Positions 48,835 through 56,963 of a stretch of DNA of 64,000 nt are shown here, piece after piece. The notes under the pieces were generated by a model, which was given only the letters and a program-made list of their open reading frames with translations, was not told the DNA's origin and did not search any database. Source of the DNA: Chloroflexota bacterium (GTDB lineage Bacteria; Chloroflexota; Anaerolineae; Aggregatilineales; Ch27); assembly GCA_019873685.1 (NCBI GenBank), contig JAIOAT010000001.1, positions 100,419-164,418 on the forward strand, read 5' to 3'. Positions within the stretch are counted from its first letter, which is position 1, and each line of letters begins with the position of its first letter. A program made the translations under genes and the position numbers.

Positions 48835-49181
48835 GGGCGTCCTGGCTGTCTAGCGCCGTCGGGGGTATCGAATGTGGACCGGTGCAAACGACGCTGAACC
48901 CTGGGGAAGCACATCGTGAGCAAGCCTGGAAAGGAGGGTGGGAATAAGACTGGTCGACGCCTCTGAAGTAAAATCAGACCGTTTGGGGGCGTTTTTCAGT
49001 CTCCTGTATAATTATACCTGTCTCTGCCTTGATGCCCTATCTGCCATCAACAGGCCCAGACTCTACTTCCATACCTTAGTGCGCAGTGCCTTCGGGGATG
49101 TCCTCGACGTGGTGTCGGGAGGCGAAGGCGTATATTGTGTCTGAGCTGGTTCTGGCCCAGACAAAGGAGAGTAGTCTCACC

Positions 49182-51848
49182 ATGTCCGCGATGAAAGGCA
49201 TCGAACCTTTCGAGCAAGTCATGATCTTGATCGTGCTTGCGACAGCATTCATCGCCCTGGCCTACGCCTACTGGCTGGCGCGGCAGACTTTCGCCGCCGA
49301 CAAAGGCAGCCAGGCGATGCAGCGCATCTGGGGATACATCCGCGATGGCGCTAACGCCTATCTGCGTACCCAGATTCGCACCATCGTCCCGCTGATCGTC
49401 GTTCTGGCAGTGGCAATGTTCTTTAGCGTGGCGCTGGTCAAGCCAACCGGTGAAGCTAATGAACTGTTCTGCCCGGCCCTCGTAGAGGAAGCCTTTGCCC
49501 AGGATATTGCTGCGAACACCAGCCTTAGCGCGGAAGAAGTCGTGGCGTTGCTGGCCGAGCCACACACGACGGCCAAGCAGGTGGCTACCGAGGCGGGGTA
49601 TAGCACGTTCAATCCGGAGCGGGTGGCCGGTGCGGTGGATTGCCAGAGCGCCGTCTGGGGGGTGGCGATTGGCCGCGCCCTGGCTTTTGCGATGGGCGCC
49701 AGCTTCTCTGCGGCGGTGGGCTTCATCGGCATGAACATGGCCGTTCAGGGCAATGTGCGTGTGGCCGCGGCGGCCAACCGCAGCTTCAAGGAAGCGCTGA
49801 AGATCGCCTATCGTTCCGGGACGATCACGGGCATGCTGACCGATGGCCTGGGGCTGTTTGGCGGCACGCTGATCTTCATCATCTTTGGTAAAGCGGCACC
49901 CGACGTTCTGCTTGGCTTTGGCTTTGGCGGTACGCTCCTGGCGCTGTTCATGCGCGTTGGCGGCGGTATCTACACCAAGGCGGCTGATGTCGGCGCGGAC
50001 CTGGTGGGCAAGGTCGAAGCGGGCATGGAGGAAGATGATCCCCGCAATGCTGCCGTAGTGGCTGACCTGGTCGGTGACAACGTCGGCGACTGCGCCGGTA
50101 TGGCCGCGGACATTTTCGAGTCCTACGAAGTGACCATTGTGTCCAGCCTGATCCTGGGGTTGGCTCTGACCGCCATGACCGGCGAGTTGTTCTGGATCGT
50201 GCTGCCGCTGCTGGTTCGCGGCATCGGCGTAATCAGCTCGATCGTGGGAACGTACGCGGTGGCCCTGTGGCGTGTGGATGACGCCGAAGAGGCCATGTAC
50301 AAGAGCTACGAGATCTCCAGCGCGATCACGATCTTCTCCACGTTCACACTGTCGGTGCTGTATGCTGGCTCGCGTGCACCCGGTGGAGACACCCTCGCTC
50401 ACCTGTCGCTCGGCTCACTTGTGGCGGTCGGGGTGGCGCTGGCTGTGATCTTTAACCCGTTGACCTCGCTGGCCACCAGCGCCAAGAGCAAGCGCGTGCA
50501 GAAGATCGCTAAAGCGACGGCTTTTGGCCCGGCGCTGGTGATCCTGGAGGGCATGTCCCTGGGGTATATGTCCAGCGTCTGGTCGGTCATTGTGATCGTT
50601 GCGGCGCTGAGTGCATCGATCCTGGTTTATAGCGTCAACTTCCCCAGCAACCTGTACCTGCCGGTGTTCCTGATCGGCGTGGTGCTTTCCGTCGTGGAAA
50701 TTGTGCGCGGCTTCCGGCGCAACGATGTGGTTTCCGGCATCTTCCATGCGCTGTGGATCATGGTGGCGGCGCTCTTCCTGATCAGCATGCGCGTGCCGCT
50801 GGATCCGGGCACGGGCCAGCCGGTGTCTTCGGCGCAGTTGTTCACGTACATCCTGTTTGGCGTGTCGCTGATCGGCGTGGGCATGCTTTCGCACACCGGC
50901 AACAATGTGAGCATGGACACGTTCGGGCCAATCTCGGATAACGCCAACGGTATCGGCGAGCTTTCCGGTGAGGACTTCACGCCGGAGTCGCGGCAGATCA
51001 TGGCCGACCTTGACGCCGCCGGGAATACCACCAAGGCGATCACCAAGGGTGTGGCCATTGGCTCGGCAGTGATCGCGGCGGTCTCTCTGTTCGGATCGTT
51101 CTTCACGGATATCGAGCGCGTGCTGCCGCCGGGCCGGGAGTTTGAGCGCGTCATCAACCTGGCCGATCCCACCGTGTTTGTGGGGCTGCTGATCGGCGGG
51201 GCGATGCCGTTGCTGTTTGGAAGCCTGCTGATCAAGGCTGTCAATCGCGCTGCTGGCTACATCATGGACGAAGTGCGCCGGCAGTTGCGTATCCCGGAGA
51301 TCATGAGCGGCAAGCGCACGCCAGACTACTCCCAGGCAGTGACGATCTCGACGCGGGCAGCGCAGAAAGAACTGATTCCGCTGGGTGTGATTGCGATTGC
51401 AGCTCCGATTGTCGTTGGCCTGCTGCTGAAGGAACAGGGTCTGGGTGGCTTCCTGGCGGGCGTGATCCTCTCCGGGCAGTTGCAGGCTGTGTTCATGGCG
51501 AACTCCGGCGGGGCATGGGATAACGCCAAGAAGTTCATCGAAGATGGCAACTTTGGCGGCAAGGGCACTGATAACCACAAGGCCAGCGTTGTTGGTGATA
51601 CCGTCGGTGACCCGCTGAAGGATACGGCTGGCCCGGCGCTCAACCCGATGATCAAGGTCATGAATCTGGTTGCGCTGATCATGGCTCCGCTGGTGGTACA
51701 GTCCAGCGGTGGCGGCAGCGGCCTGACTGTTGGCGTCGCTGTGGTGGTGGGCATCATCCTGATCCTGTGGGCAGTACGCCGCAGTGACCGGGAAGAGGGC
51801 GGCGTGCGTTCTGAGGCGCTATCCCCGGAAACGACCACCGCGAAGTAA
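49182..51848 (+). CDS. hppA: Membrane-integral proton-pumping pyrophosphatase, K+-independent-type signature, unusually long (888 aa)
   Basis: Motifs DVGADLVGKVE, DNVGDCAGM, GPISDNANGIGE, GNTTKAITKGVAIGSA (Lys in GNTT-K-A), DTVGDPLKD. AAAGGAGAG Shine-Dalgarno precedes ATG 49182. Confidence 0.9.
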   Translation: MSAMKGIEPFEQVMILIVLATAFIALAYAYWLARQTFAADKGSQAMQRIWGYIRDGANAYLRTQIRTIVPLIVVLAVAMFFSVALVKPTGEANELFCPALVEEAFAQDIAANTSLSAEEVVALLAEPHTTAKQVATEAGYSTFNPERVAGAVDCQSAVWGVAIGRALAFAMGASFSAAVGFIGMNMAVQGNVRVAAAANRSFKEALKIAYRSGTITGMLTDGLGLFGGTLIFIIFGKAAPDVLLGFGFGGTLLALFMRVGGGIYTKAADVGADLVGKVEAGMEEDDPRNAAVVADLVGDNVGDCAGMAADIFESYEVTIVSSLILGLALTAMTGELFWIVLPLLVRGIGVISSIVGTYAVALWRVDDAEEAMYKSYEISSAITIFSTFTLSVLYAGSRAPGGDTLAHLSLGSLVAVGVALAVIFNPLTSLATSAKSKRVQKIAKATAFGPALVILEGMSLGYMSSVWSVIVIVAALSASILVYSVNFPSNLYLPVFLIGVVLSVVEIVRGFRRNDVVSGIFHALWIMVAALFLISMRVPLDPGTGQPVSSAQLFTYILFGVSLIGVGMLSHTGNNVSMDTFGPISDNANGIGELSGEDFTPESRQIMADLDAAGNTTKAITKGVAIGSAVIAAVSLFGSFFTDIERVLPPGREFERVINLADPTVFVGLLIGGAMPLLFGSLLIKAVNRAAGYIMDEVRRQLRIPEIMSGKRTPDYSQAVTISTRAAQKELIPLGVIAIAAPIVVGLLLKEQGLGGFLAGVILSGQLQAVFMANSGGAWDNAKKFIEDGNFGGKGTDNHKASVVGDTVGDPLKDTAGPALNPMIKVMNLVALIMAPLVVQSSGGGSGLTVGVAVVVGIILILWAVRRSDREEGGVRSEALSPETTTAK

Positions 51849-51885
51849 GCCAGCGCGGCAGCTTTGGCGCACGGTAGTCTAGCTC

Positions 51886-51926
51886 GAAGGGCGACTTCAA
51901 TTCCTGAGAAGTCGCCCTTCTGTTAT
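51886..51926 (+). terminator. Putative intrinsic terminator after hppA
   Basis: Perfect 13-bp stem GAAGGGCGACTTC (51886-51898) / GAAGTCGCCCTTC (51908-51920) with a 9-nt loop. The U-tract is weak (TGTTAT). Confidence 0.55.
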
Positions 51927-51955
51927 ACAATCGAGGCGATGCCACTGCGTTCCAA

Positions 51956-52828
51956 GTGACGGGACTGCTCATGCAGCTGATTCATCTTGACCGCGTGTAT
52001 CGTTTTCTGGGCGATGTCAGACTTGACCACGCTGTGACGCTGCATGAGGTCAAGCGGTTGCCTCCAAACCGATTGGGCTGGCTGGCGATCGCCTTCGACC
52101 TGCTGGGGGGAATCGAGTTCATCTTCACACTACCGGGTTTCTGGGTACCCTTTGTGCACTGGTTGTGGCGGATACCGACGATTCTGGTCAGCGCCGGCAG
52201 TGTCAGCCACGAGCTGGAAGATCAAACCTGGAACACGCTACGGGCCACCACGCTCACCGTCCACGAAATCATCATGGCAAAGTTCGCGGCTATCATCCGC
52301 TACATGGAACCTCATTTCATGCTGGTCATCTATGTGCGGTCGATGCCGGTCATTATCTTTAGCGTGTCGTGGGTGGTGAGTACGCTGACGGTGTTGCCTG
52401 CGCGGGGATTCGAATACTGGCTGTCTACGTCGCTGGCTTTTCTGGCAGCGGGGGGATACCTGCTCGTGTCCCCGGTGCTGGATGTTGCGTTTGACGGCGC
52501 GCTGGGGCTGCTGGTGTCAACCTTTAACGCACGTCGCTCGACCGCCCTCATCGTCGCTGTTCTGATCCGACTCATCGGCTTCCTGATTCCCATGACGCTG
52601 ATTGTGCCTCTTTCTTATGGCCTGTTTGACAGCCTTGGCCGGATGGACGTCATCCGGCTGCGTGCCATCGCTGTGGTGAGTACATTCGGTCCCAGCTATG
52701 CCTTTCTCTGGGGGATTGAGCGCTGGTTGAGCATCGCAATTGTGGTGGTTTACACGCTGGTGCGGCTGGGCGCGATCCGACTTATGCTGAAGCTGGCGGT
52801 GATTCGTGCCGAGAGGATCGAGGTGTAA
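51956..52828 (+). CDS. Hypothetical polytopic membrane protein, faint ABC-2-permease-like motif, no ATPase partner
   Basis: 290 aa, about 6 TM helices. HELEDQTWNTLRATTLTVHEIIMAKF resembles the ExExxT...GK loop of ABC-2 permeases. Confidence 0.35.
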   Translation: MTGLLMQLIHLDRVYRFLGDVRLDHAVTLHEVKRLPPNRLGWLAIAFDLLGGIEFIFTLPGFWVPFVHWLWRIPTILVSAGSVSHELEDQTWNTLRATTLTVHEIIMAKFAAIIRYMEPHFMLVIYVRSMPVIIFSVSWVVSTLTVLPARGFEYWLSTSLAFLAAGGYLLVSPVLDVAFDGALGLLVSTFNARRSTALIVAVLIRLIGFLIPMTLIVPLSYGLFDSLGRMDVIRLRAIAVVSTFGPSYAFLWGIERWLSIAIVVVYTLVRLGAIRLMLKLAVIRAERIEV

Positions 52829-52906
52829 GCGGGGCGAGTCGGTGGTCAGGGTGACACAAGGAGCAACGACTCAGATCAGGCAGGCAAAGAATCTTCTGGA
52901 AATGGG

Positions 52907-52935
52907 TTGACAACATCCAATTCAGGCGTTATGAT
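52907..52935 (+). promoter_or_regulatory. Near-consensus sigma-70 promoter of the csoR-copZ-copA operon
   Basis: TTGACA (52907-52912), a 17-nt spacer, then TATGAT (52930-52935). Confidence 0.7.
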
Positions 52936-52943
52936 GATAGCGG

Positions 52944-52970
52944 ATACCCTCCCCCATGGGGAGGGGGGTA
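52944..52970 (+). promoter_or_regulatory. CsoR-type GC-rich pseudo-palindromic operator
   Basis: ATACCCTCCCCCATGGGGAGGGGGGTA lies just downstream of the -10. It resembles the known CsoR operator pattern (ATACCC...GGGTAT with a G/C tract). Confidence 0.6.
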
Positions 52971-52982
52971 AGGGATACTTCA

Positions 52983-53267
52983 ATGAACGACAGGGTACGC
53001 GCCGACGCTATTCAGCGGCTCAAGAGCACTGCTGGTCACATCAACGGCATCATCCGCATGCTGGAAGAGGATCGCTACTGCGTGGATGTGATTAAACAGA
53101 TCCAGGCGGTGCAGGCGGCGCTCAACCGGGTCAACGAATCGCTGCTGGATGGCCATCTGCGCACGTGCGTGACGACGGCGATTCAGGGCGATGATCCTGC
53201 TGAACGCGAGCGCGTCCTCAGCGAAATCACTGAAGTATTCCGCCACGCCAACAAATCGTCCTCCTGA
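52983..53267 (+). CDS. csoR: Copper-sensing transcriptional repressor CsoR
   Basis: 94 aa. RLKSTAGHINGIIRMLEEDRYCVDVIKQI...GHLRTC carries the C-H-C Cu(I) ligand pattern. Confidence 0.85.
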   Translation: MNDRVRADAIQRLKSTAGHINGIIRMLEEDRYCVDVIKQIQAVQAALNRVNESLLDGHLRTCVTTAIQGDDPAERERVLSEITEVFRHANKSSS

Positions 53268-53286
53268 TTGCAGAAAGGGTTGTCTC

Positions 53287-53499
53287 ATGCAGAGCAAAAC
53301 CTTCTCCGTCCCGAACATTTCATGCGGGCATTGCGTGATGACCATCAAGAACGAAGTCAGCGAACTGGCTGGCGTCAGTCGGGTGGAAGCTGACCAGCAG
53401 ACGAAGGTGGTCAGGGTTGAATGGGATGCCCCGGCGACCTGGGACCAGATCAAGGCGCGGCTGATTGAGATCAATTACCCGCCCGCTGAAGCGAACTGA
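53287..53499 (+). CDS. copZ: Copper chaperone CopZ (heavy-metal-associated domain)
   Basis: 70 aa. A ferredoxin-like HMA domain with the CxxC motif SCGHC. Confidence 0.8.
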   Translation: MQSKTFSVPNISCGHCVMTIKNEVSELAGVSRVEADQQTKVVRVEWDAPATWDQIKARLIEINYPPAEAN

Positions 53500-53597
53500 T
53501 CGGCATGGCGCGTTGAGTTCTGCAGGCTGAAATCAAATGGGGGCGGCGGGTCAGTCTGCTCCCATTTTGTTTTCTTAGGTGATTGAGGTGTTGGAAC

Positions 53598-56036
53598 ATG
53601 GGCGACAAGACGTTGACCTTGCCGGTTACCGGCATGACCTGCGCTAACTGCGTGGCTACCGTTGAGCGCAGCGTGGGAAAGCTGGAAGGGGTTAAGGAAG
53701 TCAGCGCCAATTTTGCGACTGACCGGGTGACGCTGGTCTATGACGACAGCCTGGTCAAACCGGAGGCCGTGATTGAGCGCATCCGCAAAGCTGGCTACGA
53801 TGTGCCCCAGGAGACGATCGAGCTGCCGATCACCGGCATGACCTGCGCGAATTGCGCCCTGACAGTTGGCCGCGCCCTGCGAAAAGTGGAGGGCGTCCTC
53901 GAGGCGGACGTGAATTTTGCTACCGAACGGGCGCTGGTGAAGGTCGCCGCCGGTGTGCCGCGGGAAGCGCTGGTGGCAGCGGTGGAAAAGGCGGGCTATG
54001 GCGTGGTGCTGGCTGCTGAGGAAGATACGTTGGAAGACGCCGAGCAGGCGGCGCGAGAGGCGGAGATACGCCATCAGGAACGTCGTCTGCTCGTCGGGGC
54101 GATCTTCACGCTGCCGCTCTTTGTGCTGAGTATGGGCCGTGACCTGGGCATCTTCGGTCACTGGGCGCACGCTGACTGGGTGAACTACCTGTTCTGGGCG
54201 TTGGCCACACCGGTGCAATTCTATGTTGGTCGGGACTACTATGTGGGCGCATACAAGGCGCTGCGCAACGGCGCGGCCAACATGGACGTGCTGGTAGCAC
54301 TGGGCTCCAGCGTGGCATACCTGTATGGCATCCCGATCACACTCGGTCTCCTCGAAGGCCATGTCTACTTTGAGACGGCCGCGGCGATCATCACGCTGAT
54401 TGTCGCCGGGAAGTTGCTGGAAGCGCGAGCCAAGGGCCGGACCAGCGCTGCGATCAAGAAGTTGATGGGCCTGCGCGCTAAGACAGCGCGGGTCATCCGT
54501 GACGGGATAGAGATCGATGTCCCGGTCGCGCAGGTGCGTGTGGGGGATGAGGTGATCGTGCGCCCTGGTGAGAAAATCCCGGTTGACGGTATCGTGCTGG
54601 AGGGGCATAGCGCCGTCGACGAAAGCATGATCACCGGCGAAAGCCTGCCGGTGGACAAGCGGCCAGGGATGGAGGTCATTGGCGCGACGATCAACAAGCA
54701 GGGCCTCCTGCGGTTTAGAGCTACCCATGTGGGGCGCGAGACGGCGCTGGCTCAGATCATCCGTCTGGTGGAACAGGCCCAGGGCAGCAAGGCGCCCATC
54801 CAGAAGATCGCCGATCAGGTGGCAGCAGTGTTCGTGCCGGTGGTAGTGGCCATTGCGGTTGTCGTGTTCTTCATCTGGTTGGCAGCGACGGGAGATTTCA
54901 CCACGGCGCTGGTGCGCTTAATTGCGGTGCTGGTGATCGCCTGTCCCTGCGCCATGGGGCTGGCCACGCCGACGGCGATCATGGTAGGTATGGGCAAAGG
55001 GGCAGAGGCTGGTATTCTGTTCAAGAACAGCGAGGCGCTGGAACGCGCGCACCGGTTGACGGCTGTTGTTCTGGATAAGACAGGCACCCTGACGCGCGGA
55101 GAGCCGGGCGTCACGGATATCGTGGTTGCTGAACAGGCCACCCTGAGCGAGACAGAACTGCTCGCCCTGGCGGCCAGCGCCGAGCGCGGCAGCGAGCATC
55201 CCCTGGGGCAGGCCATTGTTGGGGCTGCCCGCGCCAGAGCGGTGACGCTGGCCGATCCGCAGGACTTTGAGGCGGTGACCGGCCAGGGCGTCCGTGCCCG
55301 GGTCGAAGGACGGCAGGTGCTGGTGGGTAACCTGGCGCTGATGCAGGCCAACAGCGTGCGCCTGGACGGGTTGGAGACCACCGCTGAACGGCTGCAGAGT
55401 GAGGCCAAGACAGCAATGTGGCTGGCGGTTGACGGGCAGGCGCGCGGGCTGATTGCCGTAGCGGATACCATCAAAGAGACTTCTGCCGCTGCGGTGCAGC
55501 GTATGCACGCGCTGGGTCTGACCGTGGTGATGATGACCGGGGATAACCGGGCAACGGCCGAGGCCATCGCCCGCGCGCTGGGAATTGACCGTGTTTTTGC
55601 TGAGGTCAAACCCGGCGACAAGGCGGCTTATGTGAGCAAGCTCCAGGAAGAAGGTTACTTCGTGGGTATGGTGGGTGACGGGATCAATGATGCTCCGGCG
55701 CTGGCTCAAGCAGATGTCGGTATCGCCATCGGTACCGGTACTGACGTGGCCATGGAAGCTGCCGATGTGACATTGATGAGCGGCGACTTGCTTGGCGTCG
55801 CACGGGCCATCGACCTGAGCAAAGCCACCATGCGCACGATCAAGCAGAATCTGTTCTGGGCATTCGGCTACAACACCGTGTTGATCCCGGTGGCGGCGGG
55901 AATCCTCGCGCCGTTTAGCTGGGCGCCGCCGCTGCTGCAGCAACTCCATCCGATTCTGGCGGCGCTGGCGATGGCCTTCAGCAGTGTATCGGTGGTCACG
56001 AATAGCCTGCGGCTGCGCAGTAAGCGACTGATCTGA
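53598..56036 (+). CDS. copA: Copper-translocating P1B-type ATPase
   Basis: Two N-terminal HMA domains (GMTCANC twice), CPC in the TM6 equivalent, DKTGTLT phosphorylation site, GDGINDAP hinge. GAGGTG Shine-Dalgarno precedes ATG 53598. Confidence 0.95.
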   Translation: MGDKTLTLPVTGMTCANCVATVERSVGKLEGVKEVSANFATDRVTLVYDDSLVKPEAVIERIRKAGYDVPQETIELPITGMTCANCALTVGRALRKVEGVLEADVNFATERALVKVAAGVPREALVAAVEKAGYGVVLAAEEDTLEDAEQAAREAEIRHQERRLLVGAIFTLPLFVLSMGRDLGIFGHWAHADWVNYLFWALATPVQFYVGRDYYVGAYKALRNGAANMDVLVALGSSVAYLYGIPITLGLLEGHVYFETAAAIITLIVAGKLLEARAKGRTSAAIKKLMGLRAKTARVIRDGIEIDVPVAQVRVGDEVIVRPGEKIPVDGIVLEGHSAVDESMITGESLPVDKRPGMEVIGATINKQGLLRFRATHVGRETALAQIIRLVEQAQGSKAPIQKIADQVAAVFVPVVVAIAVVVFFIWLAATGDFTTALVRLIAVLVIACPCAMGLATPTAIMVGMGKGAEAGILFKNSEALERAHRLTAVVLDKTGTLTRGEPGVTDIVVAEQATLSETELLALAASAERGSEHPLGQAIVGAARARAVTLADPQDFEAVTGQGVRARVEGRQVLVGNLALMQANSVRLDGLETTAERLQSEAKTAMWLAVDGQARGLIAVADTIKETSAAAVQRMHALGLTVVMMTGDNRATAEAIARALGIDRVFAEVKPGDKAAYVSKLQEEGYFVGMVGDGINDAPALAQADVGIAIGTGTDVAMEAADVTLMSGDLLGVARAIDLSKATMRTIKQNLFWAFGYNTVLIPVAAGILAPFSWAPPLLQQLHPILAALAMAFSSVSVVTNSLRLRSKRLI

Positions 56037-56054
56037 GCAGCAGGGTACTTGAAA

Positions 56055-56105
56055 CCGGCTGGCAATCGATGAGGGTGATTGCCAGCCGGCCATGGTTTTG
56101 TTGTT
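56055..56105 (+). terminator. Putative intrinsic terminator after copA
   Basis: 13-bp stem CCGGCTGGCAATC (56055-56067) / GATTGCCAGCCGG (56077-56089), followed by a T-rich stretch GGTTTTGTTGTTG. Confidence 0.6.
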
Positions 56106-56113
56106 GCTTGTGC

Positions 56114-56142
56114 TTTACATCGTATTAGGCTTATGCTATAGT
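56114..56142 (+). promoter_or_regulatory. Putative sigma-70 promoter of greA
   Basis: TTTACA (56114-56119), a 17-nt spacer, then TATAGT (56137-56142). Confidence 0.55.
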
Positions 56143-56278
56143 ATCAGTGCCGGCGAAAAACATACGATGAAATTCGTGGATCGTCCCCGTGGCGATCCCT
56201 TCATTTTGCTGATGAACAATGGTGCACAGCCCAGGCTGTGTTTTGTGTGCTTATTTGCGTGTTCGGTGAGGATTAACG

Positions 56279-56752
56279 ATGACAGAACAACCAACCTATC
56301 TGACAGCGGCTGGCCTTAAGGAACTGGAAGAAAGACTGGAATACCTGCGGACGGTGCGTCGGGCGGAAGTGGCGGAACGGTTACGCCTGGCGATGGAAGA
56401 GGGTGGCGAACTGGTTGAAAACGCCGAATACGAGGATGCCAAGAACGAGCAGGCCTTTGTAGAGGGCGAGATCATGCGTCTGGAGCGCATCCTCAGCAAT
56501 GTCGAAGTCATCGAATCCGATGGCCGCAAAGACATCGTCGGCCTGGGGGATCGCGTCACCGTCCAGGAGATTGGCGCCACCAAGCCGGAAGTCTATTATA
56601 TGGTTGGCGCGGCGGAGGCTAATCCGCTGGAGGGGCGCATTTCCTACAAGAGTCCGCTTGGCCAGGCGCTGATGGGCAAGAAGGTTGGCGAGAAGGTGAC
56701 TGTCAAAGCACCTGATGGGGAGATTGTGTTCGAGATCAAGGCCATCGAGTAA
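56279..56752 (+). CDS. greA: Transcription elongation/cleavage factor GreA
   Basis: 157 aa. LTAAGLKELEERLEYL...RRAEVAERLRLAMEEGGELVENAEYEDAKNEQAFVEGEIMRLE coiled coil, plus a C-terminal globular domain. Confidence 0.95.
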   Translation: MTEQPTYLTAAGLKELEERLEYLRTVRRAEVAERLRLAMEEGGELVENAEYEDAKNEQAFVEGEIMRLERILSNVEVIESDGRKDIVGLGDRVTVQEIGATKPEVYYMVGAAEANPLEGRISYKSPLGQALMGKKVGEKVTVKAPDGEIVFEIKAIE

Positions 56753-56777
56753 CGCCTGCTCACTCTTTGGGGGCAGG

Positions 56778-56815
56778 GCGGTCTGTCTGCGTGGGGGTGG
56801 ACAGGCCGCTTTTTG
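56778..56815 (+). terminator. Putative intrinsic terminator after greA
   Basis: GCGGTCTGTC (56778-56787) pairs with GACAGGCCGC (56800-56809, one G-U pair), followed by TTTTT. Confidence 0.6.
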
Positions 56816-56963
56816 TGCCGGGCGCGGTAGAATGGGCGTCTGAGCTGCCGCCGGGCGGATGCCCGCAGGGCAACAGGCGGGCTTGCCGGAATAGTGTCCT
56901 GATGCTGTTGTCGCCATGCGTGTACGCACGACCGACCATGTTGAAGGAGAAGTCTCACGAGAG

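Noticed and set aside
48938-49144. 68-codon ORF preceded by AAAGGAGG
   Set aside because: The Shine-Dalgarno-like sequence directly abuts the GTG with no spacer. The ORF runs through the best hppA promoter match, and its product has no recognisable features. The region is kept only as an unexplained regulatory region.
49047-51578. Two long minus-strand ORFs (451 aa and 387 aa) opposite hppA
   Set aside because: They are antisense shadows of the pyrophosphatase gene. The sequences are Arg/His/Asp/Gln-rich with no domain signature, while the plus-strand frame carries every conserved PPase motif.
53475-56093. Two long minus-strand ORFs (417 aa and 391 aa) opposite copA
   Set aside because: For the same reason: copA on the plus strand is unambiguous, and the antisense translations are low-complexity.
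56816-56963. T-box or lysine riboswitch upstream of lysS; SAM riboswitch upstream of the PLP Met/Cys enzyme (37063-37207, minus strand)
   Set aside because: I could not find the T-box core (GGTGGTACCGCG-like) or the conserved SAM-I or L-box helices by eye. An Infernal scan would be the decisive test.
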